The notes: generated from the sequence alone by a model not told the origin. 64,000 bases of DNA from Planctomycetota bacterium (GCA_965248575.1 CBDFJQ010000002.1:2656001-2720000), one strand, 5' to 3'; counted from the stretch's first letter, positions 48,874 through 57,910 are shown. Program-made: numbers and translations.

Positions 48874-49411
48874 GCGCTCCTTGTGTCTGGTGCACCGCAC
48901 AGGAACGGGTACGGCACGCCGGCGCCGTTCTCGTGCGTGTCGATGACGAGCGGAGAGGTGCTTGCGTTGGCATTCATCATCGTGCCCGTGAAGATAGCGA
49001 TTCGAAGCCCCCGGTGTCGCGGCGACAAGCCCCGGCACCCGACGAACCGGTGCCGATGGAACCGAGCTGCGCGAGCCGCCGGCGCGCCGCGTCATCGAGG
49101 TACAGGCTGGGGCTGGTCATCGCGGCATAGACATGTACGTCGTGATCGGTGTCCGCTGCGCACTCTTCGAGCAAGTCCTGAAACTGGCCCCACTCTTCCT
49201 CGGTGGAGATGGGATAGATCACCAGGTTCTGCCAGGTTTCCTTCAGAGCCGTCAGCGTGTCGGGGATGTGGTCGTCCCAAAAGTCGTTCCCGTCCTTGAC
49301 GAATTGCCCCCAGGATCCGATGCGCTTGTTCCAGCGGATGGGCGCTGGCACATCCCGAATTGATGGACTGAACGCCGGCGTCTTGCCGCCGGAGTGCTCG
49401 TTGGCTGACAT
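48870..49411 (-). pseudogene. Chimeric or decayed gene remnants
   Basis: ORF from ATG 49411 looks globular for about 105 aa and then degenerates; a LamG-like relic (GGFESLS/FTGTMMNANASTSPLVIDTHENGAG) lies at about 48890-49015. Confidence 0.35.
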
Positions 49412-49648
49412 GCTCTCCCCCGCTGCCCTAGGAGGGCTCTCTCGTTCGATCCAACGAGAGAATCGAACGCCGTCACACTCGATCGACGAGACTCCCAAGT
49501 CGGAACAGCGTGAGGCGTGACGGACGCGTTCGAGAGCATACGCTCAAAACCGCGGGCAAGGCTGGCCGACTCAGGGGCGGCAGGGCGCACCCGCTCCCTT
49601 GCGGCCAACGCTCGGCCCAATCGAGCCTGGGTGTTTCGAGTTGGACGC

Positions 49649-49682
49649 GTTGTCGCCGGTTCGAATCCGGTCACCCGCTCCA
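49649..49682 (+). repeat. att-like direct repeat 1 (tRNA-Gly 3' end)
   Basis: GTTGTCGCCGGTTCGAATCCGGTCACCCGCTCCA, identical to 22578-22611. Confidence 0.95.
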
Positions 49683-50886
49683 GTGCGCTGAGAGCATCGC
49701 TTCGCAAGTCGCGCACGCTGCCCCCCCAAACCCGCGACGCCACTGTTCGCACTCCACCCAACTCTCGATGCGATACCGGAACTGCGCGGTCGCGTCATTG
49801 GCCATGAGCACCATCTCGGGCCGACCGTTTCCGTTGAGATCGGCGATCGCGAGCCCGGCGCCCTCGGCGCGCTTGCCCACCCCCGTGACCTGCTTCCAGT
49901 CGCTCCAGTTGCTCGTCAGACCTTCCGCGTCGATATCCAGCCCGACCCTGTAGCGGAAGGTGTTCTGCCCATTGGGGTCGTCGCAGGCCATCAGCACGAG
50001 ATCGAGTGAGCCGTTCTGGTTGAGGTCGGCCAGATCGACTCCGACCCCATCGCCCCTGTTCCCAACCCCTGGCACCCTGTGCCATTTGGACCAACCGTTG
50101 GGTTGACCGTTGGAGTTCAGATCCCAAACCACCCGGTAGCGGAATTCATTGGCCCCGTCAGGCACGTCATAGGCCAAGACGACGAGGTCCTCCTTGTCAT
50201 TGGCGTTGACAGCACCCGCGGCCATCCCGGCCCCTCAACGTAGATCCCAGTCCCAGACACGAACACCGGATTACCGGAGGCCACGCCGAAGTAACCGGTG
50301 ACCGTGGCGTGGGCCACCACCCCCACGGCGTTCGCAGCAGTGATGCTCCAGGTCGTTGTGGATGAGATGAAGGTGCCGCTACCCCCTGCAGTTGCCTGCG
50401 ACGACAGGTCATACGAGCGCACGAACTCCAACGGAGGTTCCTGCGCCGAGCGCGTGTCGTATCCCGGGTACGTGTAGGTTTGCGTCGTGACACTGCCAGC
50501 TCCTGTTGTGATCGTCCGCTTGCCATCAGGCGAGATCGTGAGGCGTCGAGTCGCCTGGGGGGGGAAGGAACCGACGGTCAGTTCGATGGGAGAGCAGTGA
50601 TCGACCGTAAAGGAAACCTCGTCGCCATCGGAGAAGGTGTACGTGCGGCCTCCGTTCCTGATCACGAGCGTGAGATGCGGGATTCGTGCATCGTCCTCGG
50701 CTGGGTTGCCCAGCTCCGCCCCGAATCCTCCGGCCTCCTCCTGGCGTCTACTTTGGCCGTGGTCTTCTTCGCCTGCGGGGAGACCTTGATCTTCGGTTTC
50801 GCCTTGCAGCCAGGCATGAGCAGCAGAAGCAGAGAGAGGAAGACGAGCCCGAGTTGGCTTCGGCTGAGACTGGTGGGTGTGCGCAT
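49671..50886 (-). pseudogene. Lipoprotein with FG-GAP-like ~60-aa repeats; two frameshifts and 3' truncation
   Basis: Lipobox LMPGC from ATG 50886; continues in a second frame after about 50745 and a third after 50231-50234 (restores VEGAGMAA, matching AEGAGLAIAD); repeats DLNxNGxxDLVLMA...FRYRV end near 49767. Confidence 0.65.
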
Positions 50887-51117
50887 GAATCAAGAATCCT
50901 GAGGTCTTCGTGGAGGGTTGGAAGAGGTGCCGTCCATCCAGCGCCCCTCTCCCGTCGAAGGCGGTGTCGGAGCTCTCTCCAGCTCTTTCGCAGCCTGTCC
51001 GTTGCGGCCCGGCCCGGACGCGTGTCAGCATACTTGGCAGTCACTTGACGGTCAGCTGCAGGCTTGCCCGTTTCCCGAGCGGGCCGGACGCCACAAGGGG
51101 AGCCGGGGGGCACAAGA

Positions 51118-52281
51118 ATGCAACACGGGAAGAGCATGCAGGGACACACCGCGAGTCCGTTCACGTCGAGCGTGCAGCTCATGGCTGTGCTCACCATCGC
51201 GCTCCTTCCGGGCTGCGGGTTCAACATCGGCTTCGAGAACGATGTCGGTGGCTTCGGCGGTGGCTCGGACCGCAACTACACCAACGGTTTTCGCCTGCAG
51301 CAGAACTACGTGGTTCCCGAGACGGGGCGAGCTCGGCTCATGGGCAGCGAGGACGCCGCGCAGGACGGGGAGGCGGCCGGCTCAACGGACGACGCGTCCA
51401 CAGAGGGCTGGCGCAAGGGCACCGCTGCAGGTGCAGACCCCTGGCTCGACCTGATCCGGCTCGAGGAGAGCGACAACCACACGATCACGGATCCCATCGT
51501 GGGCCTGGCCCTCGGACAGGCCATGTACACGCCCAACAAGCTCGACGTCGGCAAGGATGGCAAGCGCGATGGGATCATTGGCAACGACAGGCCGTACGCC
51601 GGTTGGCTCTACGTGGCCGTCGTCCGCTACCTGTCGCGCCTGGACGACGACGAGGAGCGGCGCCGGGACACCCAGCTCTCCGCAGAGTTCGACCTGGGCG
51701 TCACGGGCAAACCGTCCCTCGCGAAGCAGACCCAGAAGTTGGTGCACAAGCAGATCGACTCCACCGACCCCCAAGGATGGCACAACCAGCTCGACTTCGA
51801 GCCCGGCGTCATCCTGCGCATGGCCCGTCGTGACCGCTGGTACTTCACGGGCGACCCCGACCACTACGGGGCCGACGTCATCACGCATCTCGGCGGAGCC
51901 GTCGGCAACATCAGCACCATGGGAGAGGTCGCGGCCCTCGTGCGCTGGGGCAAGCATATGCCGCGCGACTGGGGGCCTTCGCCTGTGGAAACGGGCATCC
52001 TCGGCACAGCAGGAACGGACGAGCTCTCCTGGTATGTGTTCGGCGGCGCCGCGGGGCGTTTCGTCGTGCGCGACATCTTCCTCGACGGCAACTCGTTCAG
52101 CAGAGACGGGCACAGCGTGCCCAAGGAGCATGTCGTGGGCGAGTCCCGCGCGGGAGTGGCCCTTGCGTACCAGCGGATGACTGTCGTGTTCACGCGCATC
52201 AAGCGGTCCCGCGAGTTCACCCGGCAGGACGGCCCACATTCCTTCGGCTCGTTGATCCTCAGCTTTGGCTCGCGATTCTGA
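51118..52281 (+). CDS. lpxR: Lipid A deacylase LpxR-family outer-membrane protein
   Basis: FEND...SDRNYTNG, GQAMYTP, DRPYAGWLY, PQGWHNQL, DIFLDGN, C-terminal Phe; start uncertain (51118/51136/51181). Confidence 0.85.
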   Translation: MQHGKSMQGHTASPFTSSVQLMAVLTIALLPGCGFNIGFENDVGGFGGGSDRNYTNGFRLQQNYVVPETGRARLMGSEDAAQDGEAAGSTDDASTEGWRKGTAAGADPWLDLIRLEESDNHTITDPIVGLALGQAMYTPNKLDVGKDGKRDGIIGNDRPYAGWLYVAVVRYLSRLDDDEERRRDTQLSAEFDLGVTGKPSLAKQTQKLVHKQIDSTDPQGWHNQLDFEPGVILRMARRDRWYFTGDPDHYGADVITHLGGAVGNISTMGEVAALVRWGKHMPRDWGPSPVETGILGTAGTDELSWYVFGGAAGRFVVRDIFLDGNSFSRDGHSVPKEHVVGESRAGVALAYQRMTVVFTRIKRSREFTRQDGPHSFGSLILSFGSRF

Positions 52282-52404
52282 GGTGCTGTGGGGTGCCCGC
52301 CAGCCCATCCAGTCAGAAGGCGGGCGGTTGGAGTGGCCTCAACGCCACCCTCGTTGCGATACCCTCGCCGCCACTCCGCCCTGCCTCCTCCCGCCGAGCT
52401 GACC

Positions 52405-53547
52405 ATGACACTGCCCGGACTCGTCGTCGCCCTGCTCATTCCGATGTTCTCATGGGTCCAAGATGCCGGCGAGCAGGACCCCCTCATCTGGCACGACGCC
52501 CGGACTCTGACCCTCGAGGGCCAGGCCTTCGAGGACACCGCGGCTCCATTCGATCGGCTGCCAGCCCGGGCGGAGTCGACACTGCGCGACGCGGTCTGGG
52601 ATCTCAGCCGGTGCAGCGCCGGCCTCAGCGTGCGCTTCCAAACCGACGCGACGACGATCCACGCGCGCTGGAGCCTGACCAACGACCAGCTGGCCATGCC
52701 GCACATGCCGGCCACAGGCGTCAGCGGCGTGGACCTCTACGTCCGTCAAGGCGCCGACTGGCGTTGGCTGGGCACCGGGCTCCCCACTCAACGAGTCGGA
52801 AACACGGCACTGATCGGGCGGGACCTCGACCCTGCTCCGGACGGGCGGCCGCGCGACTACCTCCTGCACCTCCCGCTCTACAACGGCACGGAGTCGCTTG
52901 AGATCGGCGTGCCGCGCGGATATCGAGTCGTGCCGTTCCCCCGCCCCGACGCGCGCAGCCGCCCCATCGTGTTCTACGGCACGTCCATCACCCAAGGGGC
53001 GTGCGCCTCACGCCCTGGCATGGCGCACACGGCCATCCTCGGTCGACGCCTTGACCGCCCCGTCATCAACATGGGTTTTTCCGGTGTCGGTGAGATGGAG
53101 CTGGACGTCATGGCCTACCTGCTGGAGATCGATGCCGCGGCCTTCGTCATCGATTGCCTGCCCAACATGAACGCCGAGCAGGTCACACAACGCACCCAGC
53201 CGCTAGTGCAGATGCTACGGGCATCGAAACCCGACGTGCCGATCCTGCTCGTGGAGGACCGGAGCTACAGCGACGCCCATTTGCGCCGCGACCCCCGTGA
53301 CCGCAACAGAAAGAGCCGCGCCGCTCTGCGTGCCGCCTACCACGCTTTGCAGGCGGAGGGTGTCAGCGGCTTGCACTACCTCAAGGGCGACGACCTGCTC
53401 GGACACGACGGCGAGGCCACGGTCGACGGGAGTCACCCCAACGACCTGGGGTTCATGCGCCATGCGGACGCCTTCGAGCCGGTCTTGCGTGGGATGTTGG
53501 CGGCGATCGCTGTGCAAATCGACTCAAGCCAGCCGAAAGAGGGCTAG
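52405..53547 (+). CDS. SGNH/GDSL hydrolase with N-terminal GxDLY domain
   Basis: GVDLY, LPLYNG, FYGTSITQG, NMGFSG, DCLPN, DGSHPNDLG; signal peptide. Confidence 0.88.
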   Translation: MTLPGLVVALLIPMFSWVQDAGEQDPLIWHDARTLTLEGQAFEDTAAPFDRLPARAESTLRDAVWDLSRCSAGLSVRFQTDATTIHARWSLTNDQLAMPHMPATGVSGVDLYVRQGADWRWLGTGLPTQRVGNTALIGRDLDPAPDGRPRDYLLHLPLYNGTESLEIGVPRGYRVVPFPRPDARSRPIVFYGTSITQGACASRPGMAHTAILGRRLDRPVINMGFSGVGEMELDVMAYLLEIDAAAFVIDCLPNMNAEQVTQRTQPLVQMLRASKPDVPILLVEDRSYSDAHLRRDPRDRNRKSRAALRAAYHALQAEGVSGLHYLKGDDLLGHDGEATVDGSHPNDLGFMRHADAFEPVLRGMLAAIAVQIDSSQPKEG

Positions 53548-53563
53548 CCTGGGACTCACGAAC

Positions 53564-53896
53564 TCAGAGCGAGCCATCCACCAACAGAGTCATGCTCGGC
53601 GCGCTGAGCTTGAGACCGTCATCGTCCTGCACCAAGGCCTGAACGAACACAGGGAGCGCGTCGATTCCGGGGCCCAGTTCCGGCACTCCAAAGGGCACGT
53701 TGAGGGTGCCCGTGCTGGCATTCCCCAAGTAGACCGTCGCGGCGAGTGGAAAGCTGAGGTGCAGCACACCCTGCTCCCCCGACAAGACGGTGTTGTCCTG
53801 GCTCAGTGAGGTCATGCCCAACACGAGGTCGCCCGGCGCGCCGGTGTACGTCAAGGTCCCCGTTTCGCCCTCCCGCAAGATGGCCTGCAGCAGCAC
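53564..53896 (-). pseudogene. C-terminal fragment of a secreted planctomycete-type protein
   Basis: TGAPGDLV...GVLHL...PELGPG...VFVQAL...LSAP resembles a C-terminal beta domain; no signal peptide; begins just inside the att repeat. Confidence 0.4.
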
Positions 53897-53906
53897 TCAC
53901 GGTCGT

Positions 53907-55286
53907 TCACCGTCGGTGGAGCACCCCACCCTCACAACCCGCACCCCCACCAGCACATACACTCTGGGCCGTCAGCTTCCCAAGCTGACTGCCGCCGGTT
54001 CGAATCCGGTCACCCGCTCCAGTGCGTTGGCTCGCATCAGGTCGCACGGAGCCGCGCAGGGGCGTCGGAGACGGGGTTTCGCCCTTCGACGTGTCGGCCG
54101 TCGCGGACGGTTGTTCGTCGCACTGAACCGCACGCTTTCGCATTGTTTCGTGCGCTGACTGCTGGGGAATCTGCTGGGGGTCGGATCCGGCGGTTCCGGT
54201 GGCCTGTTCGCACTGCGGGTTGGTCGTGCCGATCTCGGGCAAGGCGTCTATCGCCTTGGCGGAGTCCACGAGGCCGAGCACCGTGTAGTGCTTGAGGGTC
54301 GTCCGGTAGTCGGCGTGGCGCATGATGCGCTGGCCCACCTGTGGGGTGACGCCTTGACGCGCCAGGCGGGTGCCCAGGGTCGTCCTGAGGGAGTGCAGGT
54401 CCACGACGTGGCCCGCGTCGTCCTCCAGGGGGATCTTGGCTCGCTCGAAGTCCTTATGCCGTGTGCGGTCCGTCACCAACTGTGGAAACACGCGAGCCGA
54501 CGGCAGCGCCAGCTCGGGCTGGATCTCGCTCAGGGCTTCCACGAGCTGGGGGTGCAGCGGAAGCACGTCCACCCGGTGGGCCTTTCCCTCGCGAACCGTC
54601 AGCGTGTTGGCGTCGAGGTCCACGTCACCCCAGGTGAGAGACCGCAGCTCGGACTTGCGCAGCCCAGCCAGGGCGGCCGTGAGATACCACGCCTTCCGTC
54701 CCCGGGGTGCCGCCACGTCAATCAATCGGGTCATCTCCTCGTCCGTGAGGGCACGCCGGATGCGCCGTCGATCGCGGCTCTCGTCGAGCTTCTGGACCAC
54801 CGTGAGCGGGTTGGCCTCCGTGCGTTCCGTCTGGACGCACCAATTCAGGAAGGCCACGGCGATCTGGCGCCGGATGTTCACGGTTCGGGCGGACAGGCCT
54901 TCTGCCCGCATCTCGCGGAGGTTTCGCTCCAGCGCATCGGCAGTCAGCTCGGAGAGACGGGTCGCGCCTGTCCCCGCAAGCAGCCGATCAAGGTGACGCC
55001 GTTTCTCGACGACATGCCGGGGAGCGTGCCCCACGTGGCTGCAATGCTCGTGGTAGGCGTCCACATGATCGCGGAGCGGGCTGCGATCGGCCTCGGCGAA
55101 GCGGTCCTGGCGTGCATCCACCACGCCCTCCCGGCGCAGAGCGACATCGGCCTCCAGCTTGGCGGCGATCCGCTCGGCAGCGCGCTTGTCGGTCGTCCGG
55201 GACGACTTCTCGCGACGCTTGCCGGAGTGGTCGTAGTACTGGATCACGTAGGGGCCGGTGCCCTTGCGCTTGAAGATGGTCGCCAT
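53907..55286 (-). CDS. int: Tyrosine recombinase / integrase
   Basis: Catalytic residues GLRKSEL (R), GKAH (K), LHSLR (HxxR), MRHAD (H), TLKHY (Y); N-terminal arm-binding-like region; GGAGG ribosome-binding site. Confidence 0.93.
   Translation of the reverse strand: MATIFKRKGTGPYVIQYYDHSGKRREKSSRTTDKRAAERIAAKLEADVALRREGVVDARQDRFAEADRSPLRDHVDAYHEHCSHVGHAPRHVVEKRRHLDRLLAGTGATRLSELTADALERNLREMRAEGLSARTVNIRRQIAVAFLNWCVQTERTEANPLTVVQKLDESRDRRRIRRALTDEEMTRLIDVAAPRGRKAWYLTAALAGLRKSELRSLTWGDVDLDANTLTVREGKAHRVDVLPLHPQLVEALSEIQPELALPSARVFPQLVTDRTRHKDFERAKIPLEDDAGHVVDLHSLRTTLGTRLARQGVTPQVGQRIMRHADYRTTLKHYTVLGLVDSAKAIDALPEIGTTNPQCEQATGTAGSDPQQIPQQSAHETMRKRAVQCDEQPSATADTSKGETPSPTPLRGSVRPDASQRTGAGDRIRTGGSQLGKLTAQSVCAGGGAGCEGGVLHRR
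53972..54021 (+). repeat. att-like direct repeat 2 (tRNA-Gly from anticodon stem to CCA)
   Basis: 47 of 50 bases match 22562-22611 (ACTGCC versus GTTGTC). Confidence 0.95.
54159..54179. repeat. Candidate integrase arm-type sites
   Basis: CTGCTGGGG at 54159 and 54171 (12-bp period), about 140 bp from the att repeat. Confidence 0.45.
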
Positions 55287-55288
55287 GG

Positions 55289-55510
55289 CTACCTCCCCTT
55301 TCGTTGCTTGGGTGGACCCGACTCGATGCGCAGGTCCAGCAGGTCGGCCAGACGATCGAGCCGCTCCAACGTCATCCCCATCTTCCCAGCCATGAAGCGG
55401 GACATCGAAGCCTGGTCGATGTCGGTCTCCATGCAGATCCGGTAGCGGGTCAGCTCGGAAGCGTTGATCGCGTCCCGGAGCTGGGCGGAGAGCTTCTTCT
55501 TTCGTGGCAT
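55289..55510 (-). CDS. XRE-family HTH regulator
   Basis: LSAQLRDAINASELTRYRICMETDIDQASMSRFMAG...LDRLADLLDL; stop 2 bp from the integrase start. Confidence 0.8.
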   Translation of the reverse strand: MPRKKKLSAQLRDAINASELTRYRICMETDIDQASMSRFMAGKMGMTLERLDRLADLLDLRIESGPPKQRKGR

Positions 55511-55516
55511 TTCTGC

Positions 55517-55545
55517 ATGGTGGACCATACTTACCGTGTCGTCAA
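55517..55545 (-). promoter_or_regulatory. Candidate leaderless promoter and operator for xre-int
   Basis: TTGACG-17 bp-CACCAT-6 nt-ATG; inverted repeat ATGGT-GG-ACCAT (55517-55528) overlaps the -10. Confidence 0.55.
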
Positions 55546-55727
55546 GCACGCGATTGGCCTTGCCGGGTGTGTGACACGATCCAGGCCTGGAGGTCGGCGG
55601 GTGCGTAGCGGACGGCTCGACCGATGCGGACGTGGGGAATCTGGCCGGAGTTCGTGAGCGACCACAACTTTCGAGTCCCGATAGCCAAGAGGTTGGCCGC
55701 GTCGGAGGCTGTCAGCAGGGGTGGCAT
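55542..55727 (-). CDS. xis: Excisionase-like HTH protein
   Basis: LLTASDAANLLAIGTRKLWSLTNSGQIPHVRIGRAVRY...DLQAWI. Confidence 0.85.
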   Translation of the reverse strand: MPPLLTASDAANLLAIGTRKLWSLTNSGQIPHVRIGRAVRYAPADLQAWIVSHTRQGQSRA

Positions 55728-55790
55728 GGCACCTGCGTCGGTGTTTGGCTGGTCAGGATTCAAGATCGCCCCCCGACCCGACACTGCAAC

Positions 55791-55875
55791 CTTGCGGAGC
55801 TTGCGGACGTTGACCGATAGAGAGCCTTAGGCTGCACGAAGCACTGGGCCGCAAGCTCCGCAAGGACCGCAAGCT
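55791..55875. repeat. Inverted iteron cluster, candidate replication origin
   Basis: CTTGCGG at 55791 and 55800; its reverse complement CCGCAAG at 55849, 55858, 55867 (9-bp period), directly after the primase-helicase stop. Confidence 0.7.
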
Positions 55876-55879
55876 CACA

Positions 55880-57697
55880 TCACTTTGCAGTGTCATCAGG
55901 CAGCCTCCATTCGTATGGACTCGTCGGGCCGCCTGTTCTCTGAGACAGGACACCGAGACGAGCCTTCGCCGCCTCCACTGTCCGCCAGCTCACCTCTCGA
56001 TCCCCGGCTTCAGTCTTCAGAGCCGGAACGAGGACAGGTCCCTCACCAAGTTGCTCCAGCAGCATCTCCTCCGCTTGGCGGCCCTTGCTGGCCTCGCCTG
56101 GGTTGGGAACGTCTGCAAGTTCATCTGCTTGGATCGTGCTCCTCCCAACCCACTTCACCTTCACCGACTCGGTATCCACATCGGGCACACGCTCGAGTGA
56201 CCACGACAGACCGAGCTTGGCAAGGTTGGCCTTCGCGTGCGCAAGGACGAGCCGATCCCCGTCAGATGGATCACGCCCCAGGATCAGCGCCGATCGGATG
56301 ATGTTCCCGACTGCGGCGGCTCCCTCAAGGCGGTGGAGAGCGCGCCCAGCGGCCGCCTTCGTGACGTGGGCCACGATCAGAACTGCGACACCGAGTTCCT
56401 GGGCCATCGCCGCAAGCGGTGTCAGCCGTTGCCGAACGAGGTCGGTTCGCTTCACGAGGTCACATCCCATGAAGGCCGACAGCGGATCCGCGATCAGCAT
56501 TCGGGCCCCTGAATCCACGAGCAGCTCGCGGAGCTTGTCAGGATGCTCAAAAGTGACGATGGAATGCTCGTCTCGCAGAACGTGGACACGGCTGAGGTCA
56601 GCACCGGCCACCATGAACCGCGGATGAACGGTGTCCGCCAGCCCGTCCTCGGCAGTGAGGAACACGACATCACCGACGTTGGCCGGGTCGCCGCAGGGCA
56701 TCCCCTTACCAGACGTGAGCCGCGCCGCCAAGTCGATCGCGACGGTCGTCTTCCCAAGCCCGCCTTCACCGGCGATGACGGTGATCTTGCCCACCGGGAT
56801 GTAGGGCTCCCAAAGCCACGTGACTGGAAGCGGTTGCACCTGGTCCAGACTGATGAGGAGCGGGAGCCGTCCGTTCTTCGAGACCGCCGAGGTCTCGGGA
56901 GCAGGGAGTGCCTCTTGGACCAGCGCGTCAAGCTTTTCGACCGTGCCATCATGGTCGAAGAAGTCTGCGGCATCATCGCCCTTCTGCGCCTTTGGCCAGC
57001 AGAGCAACCGGGGGTTGCAGTCCAGTGCTCGAAGAGCCGCAGCGATCCGGGCCATGTGGTTGCTTCCCACCTCATCCGCGTCGGCCCAGAGCACCACGTC
57101 GAGGCCCACGATCTTCCGCAGCACTTCTGTACTCGGAGTGCCGCTCGCGCCCGTGACGGTTCCAACTGCAACCCGACCAGCCTTCCGCAGCGCATCACAC
57201 GCCTTCTCGCCTTCGACGACGAGGACCGACGACCCAGGCAGCGCATCGGCGAGGTGCTCCGAGCCATAGAGTGGTAGCGAGGCGGTGGACTTGCCTCCCA
57301 GGCCAGGGGATCCGTCGGCTCGTTCCCACCGGATGGTCTTGGAGCCGTCGTCGTAGTCCACGCGGAGGTGAACAGCATGGACTTGCCCGCTTGCGTCGCG
57401 GATCGAGTAGCGCGTCTCGCCCGTAGCCTGTCGTCGGCGTGGCTCCAGGGGAACCATGTCGTTGTTGGGAAAGAGGTCAGCCATCTCGAGGCCGAGAGCG
57501 GCGACGACATCCTCGGTGGGACAGCCCGCGTGGCACGTCACCAACACGCGATCATTGTGGCCGAGTCCAACGCTCAGACTGGGGTCCTGGTCATCGTGTG
57601 CAGGGCATTGGGCACTCCACTGGCGGTCACCCGCTGCTCGCGGCCCACAGGAGAGTCGTTCCAGCGCCTCAATGCAGATATCTAATGGCGTGGTCAT
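55880..57697 (-). CDS. Primase-helicase (zinc finger + Toprim + RepA-like AAA helicase)
   Basis: CPAHDD...PSLS...CHAGC; VVEGEKACDAL, WADAD, KGDDAAD; WLWEPYIPVGKIT...GEGGLGKT, LIADP, VAHVTK. Confidence 0.88.
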   Translation of the reverse strand: MTTPLDICIEALERLSCGPRAAGDRQWSAQCPAHDDQDPSLSVGLGHNDRVLVTCHAGCPTEDVVAALGLEMADLFPNNDMVPLEPRRRQATGETRYSIRDASGQVHAVHLRVDYDDGSKTIRWERADGSPGLGGKSTASLPLYGSEHLADALPGSSVLVVEGEKACDALRKAGRVAVGTVTGASGTPSTEVLRKIVGLDVVLWADADEVGSNHMARIAAALRALDCNPRLLCWPKAQKGDDAADFFDHDGTVEKLDALVQEALPAPETSAVSKNGRLPLLISLDQVQPLPVTWLWEPYIPVGKITVIAGEGGLGKTTVAIDLAARLTSGKGMPCGDPANVGDVVFLTAEDGLADTVHPRFMVAGADLSRVHVLRDEHSIVTFEHPDKLRELLVDSGARMLIADPLSAFMGCDLVKRTDLVRQRLTPLAAMAQELGVAVLIVAHVTKAAAGRALHRLEGAAAVGNIIRSALILGRDPSDGDRLVLAHAKANLAKLGLSWSLERVPDVDTESVKVKWVGRSTIQADELADVPNPGEASKGRQAEEMLLEQLGEGPVLVPALKTEAGDREVSWRTVEAAKARLGVLSQRTGGPTSPYEWRLPDDTAK

Positions 57698-57910
57698 CGT
57701 TCTCGACCCGACTGAATGCCGAGGAGTGCGACGACGGTTGGCCCTCCAGGCACTCGGAGACGGGACCCCCAACCCTCAGTAGTCGATGGGATCTCGATGA
57801 AAGATTCTCAGGAACAGCCCGAGTCGGGAAGACTGTGATCAATGAGCCTGCAACACGAGAGACAGCGCTGCCGTGCAGGGTCTGCGGTATACTTCATTAT
57901 GGTTTCTTTG

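Larger units (their letters stand above)
22612..49682. mobile_element. Genomic island A at tRNA-Gly (glycan cluster + rhamnose operon; no integrase seen)
   Basis: Bounded by the tRNA 3' end (22578-22611) and its exact 34-bp direct repeat (49649-49682); accessory cargo and pseudogenes. Confidence 0.7.
49683..53971. mobile_element. Island B remnant between the two tRNA-Gly 3' copies
   Basis: Bounded by att-like repeats, truncated genes at both ends, no integrase. Confidence 0.6.

Noticed and set aside
49743..49753. 11-bp match CTGTTCGCACT shared with the integrase tail near 54204
   Set aside because: Too short to distinguish from chance without a supporting alignment.
49649..54021. Extra tRNA-Gly genes at 49649 and 53972
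   Set aside because: Both lack the 5' acceptor strand and D-arm; they are att-type fragments.
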